Virus record (IMG/VR): IMGVR_UViG_3300049744_000074
Origin: an uncultured virus (IMG/VR IMGVR_UViG_3300049744_000074)
Lineage: Duplodnaviria > Heunggongvirae > Uroviricota > Caudoviricetes
Reading direction: 5' to 3' (one strand)
DNA length: 20,000 bases
A program made the translations under genes and the position numbers. The notes below the pieces were generated by a model. The model did no database searches. It saw only the letters and a list, made by a program, of their open reading frames with translations, and had not been told where the DNA came from. The first letter of the stretch is position 1. Each line of letters starts with the position of its first letter. Shown piece by piece: positions 1-7,645 of the stretch.

Positions 1-3000
1 CCCGAGGCCGACGCGATCTACGACCAGATCCCCGACGCGTACGGCGGCAAGGTGATCGGCACTGACATTGCCCGCTTCATGCACCCCGCCTACCACACCG
101 TCGAAGGGCGGCGCGAGTTCACGGCTGCAACTTCCCGCGCCGCGAGCGTGTATGCATTTGACCGGCTGCGCCGCGCGATCGAGAAGCCTCCGGTCAGGCC
201 CGACGGCGAGCGGCCGCTCCTGATGTTCACGGCCGGCGGCGTCGCCTCCGGCAAGAGCTCCGCGATCGGGCCCGAGACCCTCGAGCGCGCCGACCTGGTT
301 TCCGACGGACAGATGAAGAACCCGGCGCAGGCGATCAAGGAGATCAACCTGGCGCTGCAGCACGGCTGGGACGTCGACGTCCGCTACGTGCACCGGCCTT
401 TCCCCCTGGTCGTCGAGGGAGCCATCCATCGCGGAATCACCACCGGCCGGTGGGGCCCGCTCTCCGAGCTACCGGACCTGCACATGCAGGCGCAGGATTC
501 CTTTGACCAGGTCGCGCGGCATTTCGCCGGCAATCCGCACGTCGATTCCAAGATCGTCGTGAACGAGGGAACGGCCCAGACGCCGGCGGCGCCGCGGCTG
601 GCCAATCGGTCGGACCTCGCAAAATCGGGCGTTTTACGCTATAGTGACAGAAGTGCTCTCGAAAGGTCGGTCCATGAAAAGTACGCCCAAGCCCGCGCCT
701 CCGGCAAATACCCCGCCGAACTTCTCGACCGGCTCGGCCAAGGCCTCCATGACGCCGGAGCAGCTGCACCGGCGCCGGCAGCGCAGCCAGCAGCTCGACC
801 AGGCGATCTTGAACACGCTGGCCCGGACCAGCAAGGCCCAGTAAGCCAGGAATCCAGCCATGGCAGCCAAGCAATCGAAGCAGGCCCCCCCGCCGCCGCC
901 GAGCAAATCGGTGCTGGCGGTCTACCGCCACGAGCCCAACGATCCCCAGGGCAACCAGAAGCGGTCCAGCCAGGCCCTGTCGCGGATGATGGAGCACGTC
1001 GTGCAGCAGAACGCCGCGCCCGCAGCGTCGCCGGGATCCAAGAAGCCCTCAAGTCCTTCGGCGGAGTAACTCTCCACGACGATGGGCAGAACCTCCACCT
1101 GGTGATGCCCAACCGGACGCGAATCCCCTGGCATCTCACCGAGCGCATCGAGCCGGCCGCCGACGAAATCCACAACTATCTGCAGAGCGCCCGCGTCGCC
1201 AATGACGGCAAAGCGGAATTTACGGCCAACGACGGCCGCACGCTGTCGCTGCCGGGTGATGACGCCGGCTGGAAGGCGCTGCCGGAAGCTGACCGCGCCG
1301 CAATCCTCGACAAGTTCATCGTCCGCGGCCGCTATGACGGCAACACCCGCGCGATCACCACCACCCACCGCGTCGGCGAGGATCACACCGTCGGCGCCGA
1401 GGAAGTCTTCCACGCTGAAGCGCACGGTCTCAAGGATGCCGATCGCCAGACGTACATCCGCATGATCAACCGCTACGACAACGAGGATGCCGCGTTCCAC
1501 GCGTTCATGCGGAGCCGCGGTAGCCGCGCCAAGTACTTCAAACGCATGCGCGAGGGGACGATCTACCTGCCGCCGGCGTTCGACCGCTATTTCACGCCGC
1601 GCGAGCGTGCGGCCGGCAAGCTGCTCGAGGCCGCCCAGAGCGAGGGCGTGCTGATGTCGGATGCGGAGTTCGAGCAGTTCCGCAATGATATGGGCGGGCT
1701 GCATCCCGACGTGCTCAAGGATTACCAGGTGCGGGGGAAAAACGGCAAGCTGGTGCTGGAGAAGGACGGCACCCCCAAGCTCACGCGAGAAGGGAAGCTG
1801 CTGGCGGAGTTTGTGGACGAGGATGGCTACTCCAATGCGACCGCAGACATGGATCCGGCGAAGGTCGACCGGTACCAGGACCGCGTGATCCGCGAGCTGC
1901 TGATGACCAAGGAACAGAAGATCCAGGCGGCGGCCGAGCACTACATGGATCCTCAGGCCCCGCCGGAGCTTCGCGAAGCCGCGGCCCAGGTGCTGGGGCG
2001 TCCCCTGGACGAGGATATCCCTTTCGCGGTGCGCAAGCGCGGCGAGGAGGAAGGCGGCGAGCAGCTCACCCTCGCCGGCGAGGCCCAGGGGCGGGAGACC
2101 GTGGGGGGCACGGGCAAGCTCTTCGAGACGCGGGCCGAGCGGCCGCGGCAGCCGGTCTACCGGGAATCCGCCGCGCCGATCGGCGCGGAGCGCTTCGGCG
2201 TCGACGCCCACGATATCCGAGTCGCATCGGCCTTCAGCGAGGAGGATCCGTCGCCGGCTTTTGCCTATGGGGTCAAGCAGGCGCTTGCGGGGAAGCGTGT
2301 GACGGCGGTGAAGGGCATGACGCCGGCGGAGGGCCGCGAGGCGCTGACGGGCGCTAAGGCCGCGGCCGAGGGAATGTCGCCGGTGCAGCGCGAGCATGCG
2401 GCGCAGCCGGCCGGAGAGGCGCCGGTCCAGGGGCAGGCCCGGATGTTCGCCGTGCGCAAGGATGGAACGGAAGGGCCCAGCGACGAAACGAAAGGCCCGG
2501 AATCCGAGACGAAGGTAGCGCCCAACGTGACGCGCTCCGCGGCGATCCTGGCGGCGGTGAAGACCCTGAAGTCGGCCGACCCGGAGATCTTCGATGCGCC
2601 GCCGCAGACCTCGGAGGTGCCAATGCGCGTGTCGGCCGCGGACATGCAGGCGGCGATCGACCAGGTGGGGACGGACTGGGCACTGGATCCGGCGGCCATG
2701 GAAAAGTACCGGCTGCCGGTCGACCAGCTGGCGCGCAAGCTGCTGTCGATCGCCCGCCGGCAGGGATCGTTCGATGCCGCGCTCGATTACCTCCACGATC
2801 CGCCGGCGCGCGACACGGGCATCAAGTCGCGGATCCGCTCCATCACCGAATCGCGCGACCCCGAGAAAATCATCCTCTCGGCCAAGGATGCCATCCGGCA
2901 GGCCATGCGGCAGCGCGAGCAGGGTCGGACCGAAGGCCTGCGGGAAGCGGTGAAGCTCCGCCAGCAGTTCCTGGAGGAGGCCTCCAGGTACCTGACGCCC

Positions 3001-6000
3001 GAGGAACGCGGGCCGCTGATGCGGGACCTGGCGTCGATCGGCAATGAGTCGGACCTGTACGCGCGGCTGGAAAAGGTCTATTCGGCGTTCGACCGCGCCC
3101 AGAAGCGGCAGGCGGTTAACGATGTGCGCGACCTGATCCGCGGCGCCGACACCAAGCACCTGCGGCCGGAATTCAAGTCGGCGATGGAGGCCCTCACCGG
3201 CGAGCTCGACGATGCGAACATGTCCGAACGCACCCGCGCCCGCGCGGAGAGCCTGGCCAGCCACGTGCAGAGCCTGAGCGACGAGGAACGGGCGGGGCTG
3301 CCCGCCCGGACCCAGGCGCTCCTGGAGCGGATGGGCAAGGAGGCCCTCGATACCTTCTCGGTCGAGGAGCTCCACCAGTTGGGGGATTCCATCCGCGCCA
3401 TCGTCACCCAGAACCAGCTGAAGAATCGCCTGATCGTCGGCAAGCACCTGCGGGCGATCGCCAAGGTCGAGAAGTCGGTCGTCGACGAGGTGATGAAGCA
3501 CAACAAGCCGCTGGGCCTGGTGGGTGAGGAGGGGAGCCGCAAGGAGCTGGCGGACAAGGGACTTGCCTCCCGGCTGGTGGAATTCACCGATTCGCCGGAG
3601 GTGCTGGCGGTCAGTGCCGGCGGCGAGGGCGGGGAGTTGCACAGCCATCTCTACGAGCAGCTGCGGCACGCCGAGAACGGGCACCTGGGTATGCTTCGCA
3701 AATACCGCGGAGAGATGCAGGAGCTGCTGGCCAAGCACAAGATGACCCCGCAGCAGATCATCGACTGGCGGGAGAAGACGCGCAAGGTGGAGCTCTCCGA
3801 CCTGCCGGCGAAACCGGTCAAGCGCCCCGCGGGCCGCGGCGGGCTCGATGCCCTGGACCAGGCGCAGCAGGCGGCGCAGGAGCGCGCCGACATGCTGGAG
3901 ACCTTCGGCGCGTCGCCGGAGGAGCTGGCGAAGGAAGGGGCCGCAGCGGCCGCGGCCGAGTCGGTGGAGCCGCCGGCGGCCGCCGAGCCGCGCACGCTGG
4001 AGATCACCGGGCCCGAGGCCCTCTCCGCGTGGCTCTACGACCAGAACCCCGACGCCCGCGAGAAGCTGCTGGCCAACCCGGTGAACCTGGAGCGATTCGC
4101 GGGCCAGTCGACGCTGAATCGCACGCTGATGCCGGTGGACCTGCGCGCGATCGAGGCGACGCTTACCCCGTTCGAGCGCGAGCTGGGCGAGACGATCCTG
4201 CGCCAGAACCGGGAGCTGGGCGAGGAAATCGGGAAGATCCACGTGCTGCTCAAGGGCTACGACATCACGCGCGAGGAGAACTATTTCCCGCTGCTGACCG
4301 ACCAGAAGCAGAAGCGGCGCGTGCTCGACGAGCTGGCCACCCAATACGCGGATAAATGGCTGGAGCAATCGGGCTTCCTGAAAGAACGCGTGCTGCATAA
4401 CGTGCCGATACTGCTCTCCGACGCCCTGGACACGCACCTGTGGCATCTCCGGCAGTCGGTCAGTTTCGTCAACAAGGCCATTCCGGTGCGCAATGCCCGC
4501 GTGCTGCTGGGGGCGCCCAAGGTGCGTGAGGTGATCGACGGCCACATCGGGCGGACCTGGACGCCGCGGATGGAGCGGCTGCTGAAGGATTTCTCCGGGG
4601 CGGAGCTGGGCGCCCGCACCGAGGCGGAAATGCTGGCGGCCAAGATCGCGCGCAACGCGGCCGCGGCGACGCTGGGGCTGCGGCCGACGACGGTGGCCAC
4701 CAACTTCATCGGGGCGCCGCTGGGGCTCATGACGCAGATGACGCCCCAGGAATCGCGCACCCTGGTGAAAAAGTGGATCAACCTCAAGGCCAACACGATC
4801 GACGCCGGCAAGTACTTCGCCGATCGGATCGCGCCCCACAATGCCTATCTGGCGGATCGGTACGATCCCCAGGGCGCGGTGCACCGGGTGGCGGTGATCG
4901 CCGGCGAGGAGGCGGCCGCCGGCGCCGGCGGATCCGCGCCCGGGATCCCGGGCGCCAAGACCGTCGCCGGGCAGCGCTGGCGCGACTTCCAGGAATGGTC
5001 CCTCTCCTGGATGAACCATGCGGAGCGGGCGTCGGTGGTGGCGGCGCATCGGGCGATCAGCGAGCTCAACCCCGAGTGGAGCGACGCGGAGGTCAGCGAC
5101 CACGTCGAGAAGATGGTGCGGCGCACGCAGAATGCGATCAGCTCCCTGGACATGTCCGAGTTTCTGCGGCAGACCAAGCGGCAGCCCTTCCTCGGGCTGG
5201 CCTTCATGTTCACCAACCAGGCGGCCAAGCTCAGGGACACGCTGCGGCTGGCGGCGCTGCGCTACACGCACTCGCATCGGACCCCGGCCGACAAGGCCCG
5301 GATCTCGGCGACGGCGGGCCTGGTCTTTTCCTCGGCCGTGGTGATGCCGGCGGTGGTGCGGGCGCTGTGGGGGCAGGTGCGGCAGGGATTCCGGGACCAG
5401 GAGGACGCCAAGACGCGCTCGGCCGGGCAGCTGCTCGCCGGCGGCGTGGCGGACCTGGCGGATGTCGCCCATCCGGTGATCGGGGACCTGGCGCGGGTGC
5501 TGACGCGCGGGGATGTCGGTGACTCGGTCAACAGCCGGGCGCTTGCGCAGATTGCCCAGGCCCTGCAGGGCACTTATTCGGCAGTCGCCAATCTGGGGGA
5601 ACCGGACCAGCGGCGGCAGCGGCAGGTCCTCCCGGCGATCTACCGGGTGATCTCGAACCTGTCGCGCGGTGTGGCGACGTTCGCCGGCATTCCCCTGGAT
5701 GCCCCGCTGACGGCCGCCGAGGGGGTGGGCCGGGCGATTACCGGGCGGCCCCCGGAGTTCGCCCTGCAGCAGGAGCTGCACCGCCTCCAGAAGCGGACCT
5801 ATCCGGGCGCGGTGGATCCGCGGAGCCGCTACGGGGACCTGTCGCCGCAGGAGATCCGCCGGCTGCGGACGCTGACGGCGATTACCGGGCAGATCGGCCG
5901 CGTGCGGCAGGCGGCCGCGTCGGGGCGCATCGACCAGGGGCGGGCGGAGAAGTCGATCGAGCAGCTGCTCGCCGCGGCGGGGCGGTCCCCCGTAATTTCA

Positions 6001-6012
6001 ACCGGGAGTTGA
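1..6012 (+). CDS. Large polyvalent / virion internal (DNA-ejection-type) protein, 5'-truncated; zeta-toxin-like P-loop kinase domain, degenerate zincin-like domain, long helical C-terminal region
   Basis: Frame is open from base 1 (PEADAIYDQIPDAYGGKVIGTD...), so the true start lies upstream and the visible part is >2000 aa. Walker A GGVASGKS at 235-258, followed by a zeta-like pattern (LVSDGQM...GWDVDVRYVHRP...AIHRGITTGR). RGRYD...EEVFH at 1324-1413. FAVRK linker repeated at 2023 and 2446. ENYFPL and GFLKERV motifs as seen in large phage ejection proteins. Confidence 0.8.
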   Translation, partial: PEADAIYDQIPDAYGGKVIGTDIARFMHPAYHTVEGRREFTAATSRAASVYAFDRLRRAIEKPPVRPDGERPLLMFTAGGVASGKSSAIGPETLERADLVSDGQMKNPAQAIKEINLALQHGWDVDVRYVHRPFPLVVEGAIHRGITTGRWGPLSELPDLHMQAQDSFDQVARHFAGNPHVDSKIVVNEGTAQTPAAPRLANRSDLAKSGVLRYSDRSALERSVHEKYAQARASGKYPAELLDRLGQGLHDAGAAAPAPAAQPAARPGDLEHAGPDQQGPVSQESSHGSQAIEAGPPAAAEQIGAGGLPPRAQRSPGQPEAVQPGPVADDGARRAAERRARSVAGIQEALKSFGGVTLHDDGQNLHLVMPNRTRIPWHLTERIEPAADEIHNYLQSARVANDGKAEFTANDGRTLSLPGDDAGWKALPEADRAAILDKFIVRGRYDGNTRAITTTHRVGEDHTVGAEEVFHAEAHGLKDADRQTYIRMINRYDNEDAAFHAFMRSRGSRAKYFKRMREGTIYLPPAFDRYFTPRERAAGKLLEAAQSEGVLMSDAEFEQFRNDMGGLHPDVLKDYQVRGKNGKLVLEKDGTPKLTREGKLLAEFVDEDGYSNATADMDPAKVDRYQDRVIRELLMTKEQKIQAAAEHYMDPQAPPELREAAAQVLGRPLDEDIPFAVRKRGEEEGGEQLTLAGEAQGRETVGGTGKLFETRAERPRQPVYRESAAPIGAERFGVDAHDIRVASAFSEEDPSPAFAYGVKQALAGKRVTAVKGMTPAEGREALTGAKAAAEGMSPVQREHAAQPAGEAPVQGQARMFAVRKDGTEGPSDETKGPESETKVAPNVTRSAAILAAVKTLKSADPEIFDAPPQTSEVPMRVSAADMQAAIDQVGTDWALDPAAMEKYRLPVDQLARKLLSIARRQGSFDAALDYLHDPPARDTGIKSRIRSITESRDPEKIILSAKDAIRQAMRQREQGRTEGLREAVKLRQQFLEEASRYLTPEERGPLMRDLASIGNESDLYARLEKVYSAFDRAQKRQAVNDVRDLIRGADTKHLRPEFKSAMEALTGELDDANMSERTRARAESLASHVQSLSDEERAGLPARTQALLERMGKEALDTFSVEELHQLGDSIRAIVTQNQLKNRLIVGKHLRAIAKVEKSVVDEVMKHNKPLGLVGEEGSRKELADKGLASRLVEFTDSPEVLAVSAGGEGGELHSHLYEQLRHAENGHLGMLRKYRGEMQELLAKHKMTPQQIIDWREKTRKVELSDLPAKPVKRPAGRGGLDALDQAQQAAQERADMLETFGASPEELAKEGAAAAAAESVEPPAAAEPRTLEITGPEALSAWLYDQNPDAREKLLANPVNLERFAGQSTLNRTLMPVDLRAIEATLTPFERELGETILRQNRELGEEIGKIHVLLKGYDITREENYFPLLTDQKQKRRVLDELATQYADKWLEQSGFLKERVLHNVPILLSDALDTHLWHLRQSVSFVNKAIPVRNARVLLGAPKVREVIDGHIGRTWTPRMERLLKDFSGAELGARTEAEMLAAKIARNAAAATLGLRPTTVATNFIGAPLGLMTQMTPQESRTLVKKWINLKANTIDAGKYFADRIAPHNAYLADRYDPQGAVHRVAVIAGEEAAAGAGGSAPGIPGAKTVAGQRWRDFQEWSLSWMNHAERASVVAAHRAISELNPEWSDAEVSDHVEKMVRRTQNAISSLDMSEFLRQTKRQPFLGLAFMFTNQAAKLRDTLRLAALRYTHSHRTPADKARISATAGLVFSSAVVMPAVVRALWGQVRQGFRDQEDAKTRSAGQLLAGGVADLADVAHPVIGDLARVLTRGDVGDSVNSRALAQIAQALQGTYSAVANLGEPDQRRQRQVLPAIYRVISNLSRGVATFAGIPLDAPLTAAEGVGRAITGRPPEFALQQELHRLQKRTYPGAVDPRSRYGDLSPQEIRRLRTLTAITGQIGRVRQAAASGRIDQGRAEKSIEQLLAAAGRSPVISTGS
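617..645 (+). promoter_or_regulatory. Candidate internal sigma70-type promoter inside the giant gene
   Basis: -10-like TATAGT at 640-645 in an AT-enriched patch; weak -35 TCGCAA at 617-622 with a 17-bp spacer; lies about 30 bp upstream of the nested ORF at 674. Confidence 0.35.
674..844 (+). CDS. Nested +1-frame small protein (56 aa; alternative start 749), candidate antitoxin/accessory factor
   Basis: SD-like GAAAGGT at 661-667, 6 nt before ATG 674. All 31 codons from 749 to the stop end in G/C, while 16 of 30 host-frame codons over 751-840 end in A/T. Confidence 0.55.
   Translation: MKSTPKPAPPANTPPNFSTGSAKASMTPEQLHRRRQRSQQLDQAILNTLARTSKAQ
860..1069 (+). CDS. Nested +1-frame small protein (69 aa), candidate antitoxin/accessory factor
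   Basis: AGGA 8 nt before ATG 860, which starts 15 nt after the previous nested stop. Only 4 of the first 54 codons end in A/T, versus about half of host-frame codons over 841-1020. Confidence 0.55.
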   Translation: MAAKQSKQAPPPPPSKSVLAVYRHEPNDPQGNQKRSSQALSRMMEHVVQQNAAPAASPGSKKPSSPSAE

Positions 6013-6015
6013 GTC

Positions 6016-6312
6016 GTGGAACAGCGGCAGGAGAAGATGATCCAGGAGACCCACGACACGGTGGTGCGGATCGACGAGCGGTTGAAGGCCGGGGATGAGA
6101 GGTTCGATCGCCTGGAGGAGGACCAGGAGAAGCACGCACGTGTGCTCTTTGGGTCGGGCAAGACGCCGGGCCTCATCGACGACGTGCGCGGCCTGACTCA
6201 ATGGAAGAAATTCTGGGAGCGGGTGGCCTGGGCGGCCGTCGGTGCGCTGGCGCCGGTGCTGGCGGCCGCGTCGTGCGCGGCGGCCTGGTGGGCGGTCAAG
6301 CATTTGCCGTGA
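6016..6312 (+). CDS. Holin-like / XhlA-like small membrane protein (coiled coil plus C-terminal TM helix)
   Basis: GGGAG before GTG; charged heptad-like N-terminus (VVRIDERLKAGDERFDRLEE) and hydrophobic C-terminus (VAWAAVGALAPVLAAASCAAAWWAV); last gene of the rightward late block. Confidence 0.55.
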   Translation: MEQRQEKMIQETHDTVVRIDERLKAGDERFDRLEEDQEKHARVLFGSGKTPGLIDDVRGLTQWKKFWERVAWAAVGALAPVLAAASCAAAWWAVKHLP

Positions 6313-6317
6313 CGGGC

Positions 6318-6686
6318 TTATCTTCCCCGCTCAGCATCTAGGATTGTCTTGTTGGGGGCCTTCGAGGTGCCGCCGCCTGGCGTAATCAGCGGCGCGACCA
6401 TCGGCGTTGACGGGTCAGAGTTGAGAAATACCGCTGGCGTCAGTGTCATGAAATCCATGCTCTTGGGATCAACCCGGACGTTCCACATCTGTCTCGCCGC
6501 GGTGTCGAAAACGAACATACGGCCGTCGGACGCCACCAGCTGGTACCGGCCGGCGGAAGTCGCCGTAACCCTGGCCGCCCCGCCAGACCCGGCCGGCGCT
6601 GGGGCGTACTGTCCCATGGCGAGCGCTGCCCCAATTCCGAGAACGAGCCCGATCGTGGCGCTCCGCAGGTCCAGCGTAACCTTCAT
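6318..6686 (-). CDS. Exported/membrane-anchored hypothetical protein (moron-like, 122 aa)
   Basis: Best start is ATG 6686, preceded by GGAAAGGA. Signal-peptide-like N-terminus MKVTLDLRSATIGLVLGIGAALAMG; beta-rich core GRYQLVASDGRMFVFDTAARQMW. Confidence 0.7.
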   Translation of the reverse strand: MKVTLDLRSATIGLVLGIGAALAMGQYAPAPAGSGGAARVTATSAGRYQLVASDGRMFVFDTAARQMWNVRVDPKSMDFMTLTPAVFLNSDPSTPMVAPLITPGGGTSKAPNKTILDAERGR

Positions 6687-6733
6687 TTGGGGATCCTTTC
6701 CTGTTTGCGTGGGGGATTTGACTCCGTTTTTAT

Positions 6734-6762
6734 ATTGTAGGTTTGTTAGCATTCGGTGAGAA
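6734..6762 (-). promoter_or_regulatory. Candidate promoter for the 6686-6318 gene
   Basis: Minus strand TTCTCA (6762-6757) - 17 bp - TACAAT (6739-6734) in an AT-rich intergenic stretch. Confidence 0.5.
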
Positions 6763-6775
6763 GGTGGAGGTCTCC

Positions 6776-7000
6776 ATGGCAGACACCAGCGCGTTTCAAC
6801 TTTCGGATCCGCAACGAGTAGACCCGATCCTGGTGCTGGTGCTGGCACTCAGCCAGCTTTCTTGCGGCCAGTCGATCGCGCGCCACCTTTGCCGGACGAT
6901 TGTTCAGGATCCTTCCCTCGCTCCACAGCTCGACTCACAGCTTCTCCAACTGATGCAGGCATTTCCTCCGCCGGAGCTGCACCTGACGTCGGAGCGTTGA
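6776..7000 (+). CDS. Putative 74-aa protein overlapping the repressor 3' end in antisense
   Basis: Strong SD GGAGGT at 6766-6771 before ATG 6776; extended -10-like TGtTAGCAT at 6744-6752; Leu/Gln-rich helical-looking product. Confidence 0.45.
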   Translation: MADTSAFQLSDPQRVDPILVLVLALSQLSCGQSIARHLCRTIVQDPSLAPQLDSQLLQLMQAFPPPELHLTSER

Positions 7001-7217
7001 GCCGCCCGGCCAGCAGACGCAGCAGGTCGCTATTAGCGCCGTCGATTTGGCCCAGGACAATGGCGCGGCCTACGTCGTCGAGTCGCAGGAAGAATTCCGC
7101 CAAACCACTCATTCCCTCGACCTGCGAGACCCGGGAGCGCCTGAAGGCGTCAATCAGGTCCTCCCGGAGCTGCTCGGGTAGCCGCACGCGAAAATCCGCA
7201 TCTTTCTTTTCATCCAT
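6849..7217 (-). CDS. Putative prophage repressor, ribbon-helix-helix (Arc/CopG-like) N-terminus
   Basis: DFRVRLPEQLREDLIDAFRRSRVSQVEGMSGLAEFFL fits the strand-helix-helix pattern; divergent from the early operon. Start is 7217 or 7250. Confidence 0.6.
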   Translation of the reverse strand: MDEKKDADFRVRLPEQLREDLIDAFRRSRVSQVEGMSGLAEFFLRLDDVGRAIVLGQIDGANSDLLRLLAGRLNAPTSGAAPAEEMPASVGEAVSRAVERGKDPEQSSGKGGARSTGRKKAG

Positions 7218-7260
7218 AACTACAGCGTAAGTGGTCACATGTAGTACCATCTACGGAACA

Positions 7261-7338
7261 TTTGGGAATATTTGGGAGTTTTCATTGACAGCAGACCCTC
7301 GTTTCGTACGATATTCCCAAAAGGTACTATTTGGGAAT
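7261..7338. repeat. Operator-like TTTGGGAAT repeats (4 copies, direct and inverted)
   Basis: TTTGGGAAT 7261-7269, TTTGGGAGT 7271-7279, ATTCCCAAA 7313-7321, TTTGGGAAT 7330-7338. The last two form a perfect 9-bp inverted repeat around an 8-bp spacer. Confidence 0.8.
7285..7312 (+). promoter_or_regulatory. Rightward early (PR-like) sigma70 promoter
   Basis: TTGACA (7285-7290) - 16 bp - TACGAT (7307-7312), flanked by the operator repeats, about 40 bp upstream of ATG 7352. Confidence 0.75.
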
Positions 7339-7351
7339 TAAAGGGAGTCAT

Positions 7352-7564
7352 ATGCTGGCCACACATCGCAAACCCTCGGCGCGCCGGGCGAGGACCTCGT
7401 CCAGCGACACGTCTGTGCACGTGCGGCTGTCGCCGCCGCTGCTCGAATCCATCGACCAGCTCGCGGTGCGTGAGAACCGTACGCGAACCAATCTCTGCCG
7501 GGTGCTGCTGGAAGAGGCCGTTGCGGCGCGCGCTCCTGCCGACTCTGAAGCCATCCGTGAGTGA
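7352..7564 (+). CDS. Ribbon-helix-helix (CopG/Arc-like) regulator in Cro position
   Basis: SD AAGGGAG then ATG 7352; SVHVRLSPPLLESIDQLAVRENRTRTNLCRVLLEEAV is a canonical RHH pattern. Confidence 0.8.
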   Translation: MLATHRKPSARRARTSSSDTSVHVRLSPPLLESIDQLAVRENRTRTNLCRVLLEEAVAARAPADSEAIRE

Positions 7565-7589
7565 AGTGGGATTCCGTCCCCGAACGCCA

Positions 7590-7617
7590 ACCTTACTACA
7601 GCTCAGCAGTTTGTCAA
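7590..7617 (-). promoter_or_regulatory. Leftward promoter candidate downstream of the cro-like gene (PRE-like position)
   Basis: Minus strand TTGACA (7617-7612) - 16 bp - TAAGGT (7595-7590). Confidence 0.55.
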
Positions 7618-7645
7618 AGGAATTTCCCCTTGCAGGGAGGATCTC

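Noticed and set aside
52..54. GTG 52 as the start of the giant protein
   Set aside because: The frame is open and protein-like from base 1 with no RBS, so the gene begins upstream of the window.
2461..2520. Short peptide repeat GPSDETKGPESETK in the giant protein
   Set aside because: Only two degenerate copies in a linker, with no supported alternative-frame ORF or RBS.
922..5781. 1619-aa minus-strand ORF
   Set aside because: Codon-aligned antisense shadow of the high-GC3 giant gene; R/L/G/H-rich with no recognisable motifs or RBS.
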